NCBI GenBank assembly: GCA_045643465.1
Contig: JAZUKV010000002.1
Location: 3,085 to 67,084, forward strand
Source: Clostridia bacterium
GTDB lineage: Bacteria > Bacillota > Clostridia > TANB77 > CAG-508
Direction of reading: 5' to 3'
DNA: 64,000 bases
Shown: piece after piece, positions 44,701 to 51,009 of the stretch
Layout: the number at the start of each line of letters is the position of its first letter
How positions within the stretch are numbered: the stretch's first letter is position 1
Notes under the pieces: model-generated
What the model saw: the letters and a program-made list of their open reading frames with translations, nothing else
The model's database searches: none
What the model was told of the DNA's origin: nothing
Position numbers and translations under genes: made by a program

Positions 44701-45337
44701 AGCTACAAAACAAATTGTTTGGGAAGAATCAATAAACGGAATTGATACGTATACAAATGGAAATAAAGATATAAAGATCGTTAAAAAATTTAAAGTTAAA
44801 TATTTAAATCTTAATTATAACAAAATTAAAATTGATAACATTGCAAAAACTGAGACTATACTTAAAGAGACTGAAATTAAAAGCGAAAGTGAAGATAAAC
44901 ATACTACTGAACAGTCAATTTTTGGTAAGGTTATTGTTACATATATTGACATTGACACAGACGAACAGATTGGTGATAAAATAGTTCTTACTGGAAAACC
45001 AGGCGAAGAGTATGAGGACATAAGAGAAGATCCTCAAGATTATATATTTGTAAAAGATACAAATAATAGTAAAGGAAATTTTATTGAGGGAACTATAGAT
45101 GTCAAATATATGTATAAAAAGATAAAACACGATAAAACAGATGACAAAGATGAAGAAGATGATGAAGAAAAAGATGAGAAAATAAATGTAAAAGAAGTTC
45201 TAGAAGAAAATGTAACAGAAAATACAACGGAATATACTTTAGAGAGTGTAAAAACTGGAGATAATATAGTAATATATGTTGCTCTATGTAGTGTATCTAT
45301 AATCGTGATTGCATGCAGAAAAAGAAAAATTTACTAA
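32792..45337 (+). CDS. Giant 4181-aa cell-wall-anchored adhesin-like protein. Its modules run, from N- to C-terminus:
- signal peptide
- FlgD-Ig-like and SdrD-B-like N-terminal modules
- about 21 Cna-B-type domains
- nine copies of an unrecognised roughly 150-aa domain, interleaved with the Cna-B domains
- a DUF11-like domain
- a MucBP domain
- the SVKTGDN sorting signal
   Basis: The N-terminus is MKRLSFLKWVVFICIFIIIG. Cna-B units have the form KVWDD.NN..G.RP.SI.V.L.NG......W.Y.F..L.KYD..G..I.YTV.E and are joined by ITNKF/ITNEL linkers carrying the Asn expected for isopeptide bonds. The MucBP motif is IVTYIDIDTDEQIGDKIVLTGKPGEEY...GTIDVKYMY. The C-terminus is SVKTGDN followed by a hydrophobic stretch and RKRK. 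Confidence 0.9.
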   Translation: MKRLSFLKWVVFICIFIIIGLFFNERQSNAEGTRDMYDYTIGGSSTSSNVNDRWFFDNYLESFTGDSVYYNGDIKNNTVINVYANEGEKIKFASSGSELEITYPSGSKENVSIEQINGSDGFIYSSVEEKSKSYKYLEIVATETGVYTFYLKNQNYCSSDTNAMIDIYNVNSTLPFSSQDKDRYISAWDIQVEGLDGNDINGRVWMDYVSVYRGYSKTNNNSHGNVKLHILTSDGYTYLMKCDGMDPGGMNFFIGTRGLINAQTNEILYKSVPDYTIGNSVYMPVPTNGETKEDKYGKIFFNIPSDDLPDYIKPEIKESQITKKIEFNGSEHKGEEKSSGIFTFSVDHSALYTIRIKNQNTNAVVREISNVAYEGENTVIWDGKDSSGNYAIPGTYVAELEVRNGEYHFILNDVETIHTGITITSEENESSTIYYDNSDIGGYSNLSGTDSKETPFNYSTDFGDHKFINIWAYTNVKNSTEFFILENQTIQKYILKGLVFKDNDKNRAYSTLVDDPISEVKIKIINETTSEEFEAYTTSNGGFSINVPVGRYTVKVADESKQDVLAGYTVVTNNDVQTAINVSSDVTIQDIGYAMNYKNIKIVKKWDDENNAFGARPDKIHIKLMNGDVVAREADVTDENWEYIFEKVPIYDENEDIIKYTIVEDDIQNYELVETTKVQSDDIETYILKNRREKTKIIVRKVWDDFNNRDGLRPDSININVLCGLKLIKVQELNAKNNWQCEILVDKYDALNEEQQYIVVEDEIENYSSEKEILEVKDNTQTIQFTNTQKTIAIEVLKTWIDNNNADNTRPDSITVQILNNNNMVAEHEITKDEMWKYTFVGLPKYDDDGNVITYEIKENAIDGYRLNNIDTNVLVTSENNLDTFELINEYDKTNIKVNKIWDDFDNAENTRPEFITVQILNGESVVVEREITADDNWAYTFRNLNKFDEEGKEINYFVRETDLADYEMTSLKNNGKLMNVDEEIEIETSDYWKKNEDGTWQSTNTAYSGISGKLKSEIFEVTRPTTLNFEMSVSCYQASGNGLYYTLKNIDTDTTIVSTNNAKISGTSRGIVYNYLQYDKVSIPLENPGRYQIEFVINKYQDGSGTLYGLNSGFVRNLSVKKEGTTEEVEITNKYTKKNITVKKNWDDFNNYDNSRPETITVQLKNGENVVREHEIKEEDNWEYTFKNLDVYNQDGSVIEYTVSENNVEGYTLVDQNNIGKRYTVNVPVTFEESSTWIQNDDETWKSTNSGDYTRATIKSNKFIVRDPTTLNFDMSVSSYNSSAYGLYYIVKNADTNVTIADTSNKMIYGTSRGSVYESLSYDHIEIPISETGEYIIEFYFYKYGNVGLNAGFFKNIYFKQTGYTEEIDITNKYNQINIEVEKKWEDFNNINNVRPESINVQLMNGDTVVRTGEILASNDWKLKFNNLDKYDSNGNKINYVIKEDKLENYVLTKQEETGLKFDDIKEIDFDTSYYWSKNADNVWTTTNSSKLNSKEIVLTGPSIISFDMSVSCYSSSSCGAYYTLTNVDTNQVVVTTSNNKLNGTSLGTVYSNLKYNHIEIPIETAGKYVLELGYEKYGSNTGGSYGLNAPYFKNVNCISPRNTVQMEITNELNTTNLKINKKWNDFDNNYNVRPDSVMVEVFDGENIVAEHEIKQDEDWTYTFKNLKKCNENGEQIKYTVREKNLENYKLGLQENKGFLYDIGRDVEIDSYNYWTKNTDDDTWKSNNTSSGSTATLTSKIINIDKECILSFDISVSSYDVSSNYGLGYTLKNADTNTTIVTTTNARIKGTSRGTSYDSLKYDRVEIPIQTPGNYIIEFNYYRYSSSSGGNYGLNSGFVKNIKVFEKGITQDIDITNELNIINLKVDKNWLDAKNVEGKRPEKIHVSVMNGENQVAEHDITAADDWTYTFTNLKKYDENENDIEYVINEDPIDNYVKTNQKDKGFAIDKRADVSLESVNDWTLRADGTWETVITSNKTDILRGNFTIEDPTTLEFDISVSTYNSKSYGLYYILKNIDTNETIITTNNNKLYGTSRGTVYENLQFEHVAIPIEKAGNYQLEFNYYRYQNSTGGSNGLNTAYVKNVFYKEKANTKNIEITNEYDKVDLMVRKNWNDYFNYYESQPDAIHVKLMNGDSLVDEHDITKENEWEYTFTNIDKFDENGNKINYTIVEDAVNNYDFVDTKKIENLKGASSKINMQSSAQWNEIDDGTWQSKGVSNDNIDRIVSESFTVEKAGEIDFDVSVSAYNVNSYGLYYEVKNVETGETVVTTVNNKLVGIDRGIEYASLKYDHINIPIEQPGVYQIEFCYRRYTGSTGGSYGLNAGFFKNLRYTEYKNIEIIEITNQYNKVNVEVTKIWRDADNKYGVRPESIHVKLFNGQNVVAEHDITAENNWSYVFRDIDKNDENGNKINYSVLEDSVDEYMYVGQKNNGLLRNTQIDLKFEESDQWKQNDDGTWQSLDFMYENVAKSEPFKITEPVTLSFDASVSTYSRTGYGLYYVLTNLDTNTEIVNTNSNRINGTDRGTVYEDLQYDNIKIEINEPGRYQLKFIHQRYGYTGGSYGLDAGFFKNAKYFISTNTEGIEITNELNSKNICVTKTWDDDNNLTGNRPSSINVSLYGNGSLVDSKEITSDNDWNVKFENVKKYDTNGEIIKYDVTEEDVDKYICTNIEKTGNIDKYSLEGKTIDQWSKNDDGVWESTSSNNYNPANITFKDIDVIEKGILSFDMSVSSFEYEGYGLSYSVKNVNTNSVIADTTWNKINGISRGNEYSNLKYEHVDIPIDEPGKYEISFIFNGYYNYVGGNYGLNKGFIKNISFEESIAAEKFNLTNKCNVKNVYLKKVWDDNNNEKNARPSSITVNVKNGTEIAATTTVSESDNWEAVINNLPICDTNGEINYTFEEAPIENYKLESIELKDDENYVTMNENEEEYPWIYENGIWQSGNKGIDYTSSRATTNNFEITDGQSLHFEYAISSENTYDKGLYYIYNANTGECVKSSGYISGVTSGSTIDTLVFSEENIYLETGTYYIELRYDKDSSNSDGADVFCIKNIYVKDDQPTKRLVLTNKYEKSKDEPELVTISGTKTWVNDHDNADNTRPEKITINLMNGNDVIESKDVTPDNDGNWTYSFEAYKYDGDGNEIAYTINEESINDYSAEVSGSIVDGFEITNTYTGRIMKTFIINKVWDDENNKANKRPASVNVSVYRDIEGVKTLVKTYTITSEDISANTWSYDVTDLDKYDENGNEIVYTFEEEEMGSIFYQFAESNIEDNKVTITNKFEVPDTKVNAKVIKVWNDEENKAGKRSKDVTVTLYANGEITDKTYVLNAENVVNTENSWEYTFEGLNKYDNNGDSISYSVQEVLDNNNYEMSSKTEFVHEMGFVSTIINTFKKNTELRDIVVKKVWDDEGNKAGKRPNEITVNLLNGEIIKTAVLNAENNWTVTFEGIPKYNDLNNEIEYTAEETNITSIFYKQTNNTGIANESGEITITNKFEVPDTKVTLDVEKVWDDNDSEKRPEYISVQLLANGTAEGTTITLDSTKQWAYTYSDLIKYDENGNEINYTVKELATNNIYYKAENAKYDKVGNKVTITNKFVVPDEKVKVKVNKIWDDNADNAEKRPETLEIELSNGQKYIMSASDADVVDKNIWTYTFENLEKYNAQNGDEIVYTAVENFDNENYTSTVENKVENGVKVITFTNKYAPNTEKRDILVEKIWEDSNNVNNKRPTSIIVKLSDGITQVGEKTMYADQNGNWTCTFKDLPKYDSKNNEIKYIATEICDSIFYVEKTHENVMNSDGKITITNKFDVPDDTIDIAVNKVWDDENNRDGRRPEILTIVIKNDADEELKRISISGNEKTNEGWNGTFKDMRKYDETTGDEAKYNIDEVDENNNLELYIKSVNGTTITNTYKLNNPRIEDPVTSKNGPEFIYSSDEILEYTVTYTATIVDFYGDANIKIVDQLPYEIDENLSDLNDGTYDKATKQIVWEESINGIDTYTNGNKDIKIVKKFKVKYLNLNYNKIKIDNIAKTETILKETEIKSESEDKHTTEQSIFGKVIVTYIDIDTDEQIGDKIVLTGKPGEEYEDIREDPQDYIFVKDTNNSKGNFIEGTIDVKYMYKKIKHDKTDDKDEEDDEEKDEKINVKEVLEENVTENTTEYTLESVKTGDNIVIYVALCSVSIIVIACRKRKIY
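35730..41950 (+). repeat. Nine-fold array with a roughly 725-bp period. Each unit is one Cna-B domain plus one unrecognised domain with consensus W.KN.DGTWQS...L.FD.SVS.Y....GL.Y.LKN.DTN..I..T.N.K..GTSRG..Y..L.Y....IPI...G.Y..EF.Y.RY...GG.YGLN.GF.KN.
   Basis: The periodic motifs DGTWQS / DDTWKS / DGVWES and so on occur at about 35.79, 36.52, 37.24, 37.96, 38.69, 39.42, 40.15, 40.87 and 41.59 kb. The copies are only about 35–50% identical, so this is ancient duplication. Confidence 0.8.
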
Positions 45338-45370
45338 ACTGAAACAATTAAATAATTAGAATATGCATAA

Positions 45371-45397
45371 AGGCGGGGTTTTTTAATGAAAAACCTC
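45371..45397 (+). terminator. Terminator-like hairpin after the giant gene
   Basis: The stem gcggggttttt / aaaaacctcgc has one mismatch. The T-run is inside the stem and not after it, so terminator function is uncertain. Confidence 0.4.
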
Positions 45398-45500
45398 GCT
45401 TAAATTATATATATTGGGTAAAACAATCTACAATTATTGTTTTTTTTATTTTTTTACTTGACTTTTTAGATATCTTTTGATATTATAATTTTGTTGTTAT

Positions 45501-45576
45501 GCGGGAATAGCTCAGTTGATAGAGCGCTGCCTTGCCAAGGCAGAGGTCGCGGGTTTGAGCCCCGTTTCCCGCTCCA
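45501..45576 (+). tRNA. tRNA-Gly (anticodon GCC)
   Basis: I folded it manually. The acceptor stem is gcgggaa / ttcccgc, the anticodon loop is ttGCCaa, the T-loop is tttgagc, and the CCA is encoded. Confidence 0.9.
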
Positions 45577-45633
45577 ATAAATTTTATTACATTTTGTAAT
45601 AAAATTTATTTTTTAGAATATATATTAATATCT

Positions 45634-45707
45634 GGCGCCTTAGCCAAGCGGTAAGGCACGAGTCTGCAAAACTCTGATGATCGGTCCGACTCCGATAGGC
45701 GCCTCCA
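45634..45707 (+). tRNA. tRNA-Cys (anticodon GCA)
   Basis: The acceptor stem is ggcgcct / aggcgcc, the anticodon loop is ctGCAaa, and the T stem is atcgg / ccgat. The CCA is encoded. The T-loop is slightly non-canonical. Confidence 0.8.
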
Positions 45708-45712
45708 TAATA

Positions 45713-45757
45713 AAAAAGAGAAAATGTTGATATATCAATGTTTTCTCTTTTTTTGTT
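45713..45757 (+). terminator. Rho-independent terminator after the tRNA pair
   Basis: A long hairpin (agagaaaatgttgatat / atatcaatgttttctct) is followed by tttttttg. Confidence 0.8.
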
Positions 45758-45915
45758 GCATTTTTTATTCTTACAGTCTTCTATTATTTTATCAAAGTCT
45801 GACATATACAATTTATCTTGTATAATTCTGAAATTTTGTATTCTACTATTGACTTTTAAATAGTTTTTTATAATAATACAAATAGTAAAAATTCTTAGAA
45901 GAAAGGGAATATATA

Positions 45916-46380
45916 ATGAAAGAAATTTATAAAATAGATATGTTGTGTAAGCATTTTAAAGGGAAAACCTTGCTAGAAAAAAATATTTATAAAATTATAG
46001 CATTGCATGTCAAGGGAAAAGATGTAGATCAATCCAAAATCACATATTCTGGTGATAGAGATTTACAAAGTGCAACTAATTTAGTTATATATGCTAATAT
46101 TTTTCAAGATAATCGCTTATTTGCAAGAGAATATGAAGATATAAGTTCAGAGCTTAGTATAGAAAAGAAAAATGAGTTTAATCAAGATATTAGAGTGCAA
46201 CCATTAAATTTTGAAGAAATCAAACTAGTATCAACACACGAATTTCGTGAAGAAAAGATAAAATATACACAGGATAAATTTAAAAAAAGATATACAAAAG
46301 GAAAGGTAAAATTCACAAAAAAATATTATTTTTTTTGTGAATTTTTTGTGAAGAAAAACGCAAAATATCGTAAACATTGA
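45916..46380 (+). CDS. Hypothetical 154-aa protein with a strongly basic Lys-rich C-terminus and no recognisable domain
   Basis: This is a clean ORF with RBS gaaaggga. It sits between the tRNA pair and mraZ. Confidence 0.5.
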   Translation: MKEIYKIDMLCKHFKGKTLLEKNIYKIIALHVKGKDVDQSKITYSGDRDLQSATNLVIYANIFQDNRLFAREYEDISSELSIEKKNEFNQDIRVQPLNFEEIKLVSTHEFREEKIKYTQDKFKKRYTKGKVKFTKKYYFFCEFFVKKNAKYRKH

Positions 46381-46502
46381 AAAAACGTAAACAACTAGAA
46401 AATAGTTGAATGTAAAGGTTAAAGAAGATAACATAAAAACCAAACAAAAGTTTGAAAACACCAAAAAAACAACGTTATTTCAAAAAAAATTCAAAAAAAG
46501 TG

Positions 46503-46531
46503 TTGCAATTTCAAAAACGTTGTATTACAAT
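46503..46531 (+). promoter_or_regulatory. Sigma-A promoter of the dcw operon (-35 TTGCAA, 17-bp spacer, -10 TACAAT)
   Basis: A near-consensus promoter 60 nt upstream of mraZ. Confidence 0.65.
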
Positions 46532-46536
46532 TTACT

Positions 46537-46565
46537 TAAGTGGTAGAAAGTGGTAAAAAGTGGAG
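46537..46565 (+). promoter_or_regulatory. MraZ operator: three direct GTGG boxes (AAGTGGTAG / AAAGTGGTAA / AAAGTGGAGC) with 10-bp spacing
   Basis: The repeats were seen directly, immediately downstream of the -10 element. They match the published MraZ binding-repeat arrangement found upstream of mraZ in Firmicutes and Mollicutes. Confidence 0.65.
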
Positions 46566-46590
46566 CTACTTAGTAAGTGAGGTGAGACCA

Positions 46591-47022
46591 ATGTTAATTG
46601 GAGAATACGAACATTCACTAGATGATAAAGGCAGAGTTATAATGCCAGTTAAGTTAAGATTAGACATAGGAGAACGTTTTATTATAACTAAAGGCTTAGA
46701 CGGGTGTTTATTTGTGTTTTCACAATCAGAATGGTCTAATTTTGAAGAAAAGCTTAAATCTTTACCATTAACTAACAAAAATGCAAGAGATTTTGTTAGA
46801 TTCTTTCTATCAGGAGCAACAGAGTGTGAACTAGATAAACAAGGCAGATTCTTAATAGTTAATAATTTGCGTGAATATGCAGAAATAACTAAAGAAGTTG
46901 TTATTATTGGGGTTGGCACAAGACTTGAAATTTGGAACAAAGATAAATGGAAAAATTACAATAGTGATGAAAATATTTCACCAGATGATATAGCAGAAAA
47001 CATGACAATGTTAGGTATATAA
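46591..47022 (+). CDS. mraZ: Transcriptional regulator MraZ
   Basis: It has the duplicated SpoVT/AbrB-like halves, each with the DxxGR motif (DDKGRV and DKQGRF). The ATG at 46591 with RBS ggtgag is preferred over the upstream in-frame ORF-track start at 46540. Confidence 0.9.
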   Translation: MLIGEYEHSLDDKGRVIMPVKLRLDIGERFIITKGLDGCLFVFSQSEWSNFEEKLKSLPLTNKNARDFVRFFLSGATECELDKQGRFLIVNNLREYAEITKEVVIIGVGTRLEIWNKDKWKNYNSDENISPDDIAENMTMLGI

Positions 47023-47045
47023 CTTGCAAAAGTTTATATAAAAAA

Positions 47046-47111
47046 ACAAAAGATAAAATATTAGGATACAAAAGATAAAATAATTAAGATACAAAAGATA
47101 AAGCTAAGCAT
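47046..47111 (+). repeat. Three tandem units of about 22 bp (acaaaagataaaatattaggat, acaaaagataaaataattaagat, acaaaagataaagctaagcat) in the unusually long mraZ–rsmH spacer
   Basis: Seen directly in the sequence. Confidence 0.8.
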
Positions 47112-47279
47112 ATATACGAATGTTGGCTTAACTAAAGATGAATTAATTTAATGTACGAAAGTATTTTTAGGTACTAAAGAGCAAAGATTTAATGATTTTA
47201 AGCTACATAACAGGTTGGTATTTTTATAATACCAACTGTTGTGCTATATGATAAAAATATAAAAGTAGAGGGTGAATAT

Positions 47280-48231
47280 TTGGAATTTAAGCATAAACCG
47301 GTATTATTAGATGAATGTATTGAAGGATTGAATATTAAGCCGGATGGAATATATGTAGATGGTACTTTGCGGAGGTGCAGGACACAGTAAAGTCATTTTA
47401 GAGCATCTTTCTAATAAAGGATTATTGATTGGAATAGATAGAGATGATGATGCTTTAAATGCTGCAAAGGAAAATTTAAAAGATTATAAAAATGTGAAAT
47501 ATATTCACGGAAATCATGATGATATTAGTAGAATCCTAAAAGAAATTGGCATTGAAAGTGTGGATGGAATTTTATTAGACCTAGGTGTTTCATCATATCA
47601 GTTAGATGAAAAATCTAGGGGATTTAGCTACATTGGAAATAATGAATTAGATATGAGAATGGATAAAACTCAAAGTTTGACAGCAAAAGAAGTTGTTAAC
47701 ACATATTCAGAAGAGCATTTAGCAGAAATTATTTTCGAATATGGTGAAGAGCGTTTTTCAAAAAATATAGCAAGAAATATTTGTAAAGAGCGTGTAAATA
47801 AAGAAATACAAACAACTGCAGAGCTAGTTGATATTATTGAAAGATCTATTCCAAAGTCTAAACAAAAAGATGGACATCCAGCTAAAAGAACTTTTCAAGC
47901 AATAAGAATAGAAGTAAATGATGAATTAAAACCATTATATAATACTGTTATAAACAGTATTAAAGCATTAAAGCATAACGGAAGACTTTGTATTATTACT
48001 TTTCATTCATTAGAAGATAGGGCTGTTAAACAAGCATATACAGATGCTGAAGGAAAATGTACATGTCCTAAGGATCTTCCTTATTGTGTTTGTAATTATA
48101 AATCATTTGGAAAAATTATTAATAAAAAACCAATAGTTTCAACAAAAGAAGAGCTAAAATTAAATAGTAGAGCACAGAGTGCAAAACTAAGAATTTTTGA
48201 AAGAAAAGAGGTGAAAACTTATGGCGAATAG
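47280..48231 (+). CDS. rsmH: 16S rRNA (cytosine1402-N4)-methyltransferase RsmH (MraW), with an apparent frameshift near 47367–47372
   Basis: The conserved N-terminus [25 protein letters not shown] is read from a TTG at 47280 (RBS agaggg) and hits a TAA at 47388. The rest of the protein, [10 protein letters not shown]...SAKLRIFE, is in the +1 frame starting at 47359. One G appears to be missing in actttg(g)cggagg inside the SAM-binding motif. Confidence 0.7.
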
Positions 48232-48787
48232 GGCGTATGGATATCAAGGGTACAATAATAAAGGGTACCAATTTGAAACGAGCCCCAAAAAGTTGCAGCC
48301 AGAATACGATACTGAAGATATTGAGCAAAAAAAGAAAACAAAAAAAGCAGCTAATAAAAAAGTTGATAGCAAAAAAATTATTAGGGAAAATGCTATAAAA
48401 GGTATAACTAAAACAGAGCTTAATAAAAAAGCAAAATTAGTTTGCTATATAGTATTCGGTTTTACTGTACTATTTACCATAAGTTATAGAAATTCTATAA
48501 TAAATGAGAAATTTAACCAGAAAGAGTCATTAAAAATGGAGCTTGCTGAAATTCAAAAAGTAAATGAGCAGCTTCAAGTTAGTGTTGAAAATGAGTTAAA
48601 TTTAACGAGTGTAGAAAAATTAGCAAAAGAAAAATTGGGAATGAGTAAACTAAACAATACTCAAAAAATATATGTAAGTTTACCTAAAAAGGAATATGTG
48701 GAGACAAAAGCAGAAAGCCTTTTAGAGGAGGAGAAGGAAGATATATTTAAAACAATAATTAATAAATTTACAAAGCTTATAAAATAG
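48221..48787 (+). CDS. ftsL: Cell division protein FtsL (bitopic membrane coiled-coil protein)
   Basis: It lies directly after rsmH in the dcw cluster. It has a single transmembrane segment (LVCYIVFGFTVLFTI), then a coiled coil, then VEKLAKEKLGMSK. Its start overlaps the end of rsmH. Confidence 0.75.
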   Translation: MANRAYGYQGYNNKGYQFETSPKKLQPEYDTEDIEQKKKTKKAANKKVDSKKIIRENAIKGITKTELNKKAKLVCYIVFGFTVLFTISYRNSIINEKFNQKESLKMELAEIQKVNEQLQVSVENELNLTSVEKLAKEKLGMSKLNNTQKIYVSLPKKEYVETKAESLLEEEKEDIFKTIINKFTKLIK

Positions 48788-48830
48788 GGGGACTAAATTT
48801 AAATCAAAATTTAGTCTTTTTTTTGTCTTT
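48788..48830 (+). terminator. Rho-independent terminator
   Basis: The stem gactaaattt / aaatttagtc is followed by ttttttttg. Confidence 0.75.
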
Positions 48831-48873
48831 TCTAATATTATATAATAGTAAAATTTAAACTCTTGGAGGCATA

Positions 48874-50919
48874 ATGAGCAATATTAGAAAAATGAAAAAG
48901 AAACTTAATAAAAAGGATAATTTTAAGTATATAAAGAAAACAGGTTATATAACACAGCGAAAACGTATGAGATTTATAATATTTTGTTTTCTAATAATGC
49001 TTTTTAGTTTAATAGGTAGAATCGGATGGCTTCAATTTAAAACTGGTGATTGGTTACAAAGTATGGCATACTTGCAACAAACTTCAGAGCGTAGTTTTAA
49101 TCCTAAAAGAGGAACTATATATGATGCAACGGGAAAAAAAATATTAGCAGTAAGTGCATCTGTTGAAAGTATAACGGTTAATCCTGTTAATATTAAAAAG
49201 GAAGATAAAGAGCGAGTTGCAAAAAAGTTATCAGATTTATTTGAATTAAACTATGATACAGTTTTAAAAAAAGTAAATAAGAAAAGTGCTATAGAAACTA
49301 TTGCCAAGAAGGTTAATCCAGATAAAGCAAATGAATTAAGGCTTTGGATAAAAGAAAATAATATAAAAACAGGAATAAATATTGATGTTGATACGAAGAG
49401 ATATTATCCTTATAACACACTGGCTTCACAGATAATTGGATTTTGTGGTAGTGATAATCAAGGATTAATGGGGATTGAAGCAAAGTATGAAGAAATGTTA
49501 AAAGGTACTAAAGGAAGTATTGTAAAATTGACAGATGCAAAGGGAGGAAACCTCGATGATGAGGGCGAGTCCTATATTGGAGCCATTGACGGAAATGATT
49601 TAATTTTAACAATAGATGCAACTATACAGGGAATAGCGGAAAAATATTTGGAAGAAGCATGTATTGATAATGTGTGCACAGATGGTGGAAATATTATAGT
49701 AATGAATCCTAATAATGGAGATATTTTGGCGATGGCTGGATATCCCAATTATAATTTAAATGAACCATATACGCCAATAGATGAAAAAGTATTATCAAAT
49801 TGGGAAAGTATGTCAAAGGAAGAAAAAACAGCAGAAATGCAAAAAATGTGGAGAAATAAGGCAATATCAGATGCATATGAGCCAGGTTCAACTTTTAAAT
49901 TAATAACAGCTTCTGCAGCATTAGAAGAAGGAATTACAGATACAGATAATAGTGGTGAATTTTGTTGTAGTGGTGGAATTACTATAGCAGGAGTTAGAAT
50001 AAAATGTTGGAGATATTATAGACCACATGGGTCAGAAAGTTTAAGAGATGCATTGATGAATTCTTGTAATCCTGTTTTTATAGGTCTAGGCCAAAAATTA
50101 GGTGTTTCAACATATTATTCATATTTAAGGAAATTTGGATTTTTGCAAAAAACAGGAGTTGATTTATCAGGTGAGGGAAGTAGTATTTTTTTAGCAGAAG
50201 AAAAAGTAGGTCCTGTGGAACTTGCAACAATTTCTTTTGGTCAAAGATTTGAAATCACACCATTACAAATGGTTACAGCTGTATCTAGTATTGCTAATGG
50301 GGGAAATTATGTAGTACCAAGAGTTGTAAAGTCTATTGTAAATAGTGAAAGTGGAGAAGTGAAAAACATAGAGCCTATAGTTAGGGATAAGGTAATTTCT
50401 AAAGAAACATCTGCTAAAGTTTTAAGTATGATGGAAACGGTTGTGGCACAAGGAACTGGAAAAAATGCACAGGTTCAGGGATATTCTGTTGGTGGAAAAA
50501 CAGGTACTTCGGAAGATGGTGTAAACACTGGAAAATATGTCACTTCATTTGTTGGTGTTGCGCCGATAAGCAATCCACAAGTAGTGGTATTAATTACGTT
50601 ATATAATCCAACAGGAGAAGGTGGCCACCAGGGTGGTGGTGTGGCAGCACCAATCGGCTCTCAAATTTTAGGAGAAGTTTTGCCATATTTGGAAATTGAG
50701 CAAGATAATTTGAAAGAAGAGGATATAAAGAAAAAAGTTTTGGTGCCCAATATCGAAGGTAAAACATTTAAAGAGGCAAAAAACATGTTAGAGGAGCTTA
50801 AATTAAATATTGAGTATGGAAATGAAAATTGTGAAAATATTGATGAATATATAATAAAAGAGCAGATTCCTATAAATGGAGTTAATGTGGTTGAAGGAAG
50901 TACGATACTTGTTAAGTAA
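48874..50919 (+). CDS. Class B penicillin-binding protein (FtsI/SpoVD family) with one C-terminal PASTA domain
   Basis: It has an N-terminal transmembrane segment and the transpeptidase motifs STFK (GSTFKL), SxN (NSCN) and KTG (GGKTGTS). The PASTA domain is at the C-terminus. Confidence 0.9.
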   Translation: MSNIRKMKKKLNKKDNFKYIKKTGYITQRKRMRFIIFCFLIMLFSLIGRIGWLQFKTGDWLQSMAYLQQTSERSFNPKRGTIYDATGKKILAVSASVESITVNPVNIKKEDKERVAKKLSDLFELNYDTVLKKVNKKSAIETIAKKVNPDKANELRLWIKENNIKTGINIDVDTKRYYPYNTLASQIIGFCGSDNQGLMGIEAKYEEMLKGTKGSIVKLTDAKGGNLDDEGESYIGAIDGNDLILTIDATIQGIAEKYLEEACIDNVCTDGGNIIVMNPNNGDILAMAGYPNYNLNEPYTPIDEKVLSNWESMSKEEKTAEMQKMWRNKAISDAYEPGSTFKLITASAALEEGITDTDNSGEFCCSGGITIAGVRIKCWRYYRPHGSESLRDALMNSCNPVFIGLGQKLGVSTYYSYLRKFGFLQKTGVDLSGEGSSIFLAEEKVGPVELATISFGQRFEITPLQMVTAVSSIANGGNYVVPRVVKSIVNSESGEVKNIEPIVRDKVISKETSAKVLSMMETVVAQGTGKNAQVQGYSVGGKTGTSEDGVNTGKYVTSFVGVAPISNPQVVVLITLYNPTGEGGHQGGGVAAPIGSQILGEVLPYLEIEQDNLKEEDIKKKVLVPNIEGKTFKEAKNMLEELKLNIEYGNENCENIDEYIIKEQIPINGVNVVEGSTILVK

Positions 50920-51009
50920 ATTTTTAAAATTCAAAAAAAATCAGAAGATTTCTATACAAAAAAAGATTTTAGTTATATAATAGAGGCAAATTACTATAGG
51001 AGGTAAATT

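Noticed and set aside
45587-45811. 74-aa minus-strand ORF
   Set aside because: It overlaps tRNA-Cys and the terminator hairpin, so it is an artefact.
46540-46590. The ORF-track start of mraZ at 46540 ([17 protein letters not shown]...)
   Set aside because: This extension overlaps the GTGG operator boxes and has no RBS. The ATG at 46591 has an RBS and matches the canonical MraZ N-terminus ([16 protein letters not shown]).
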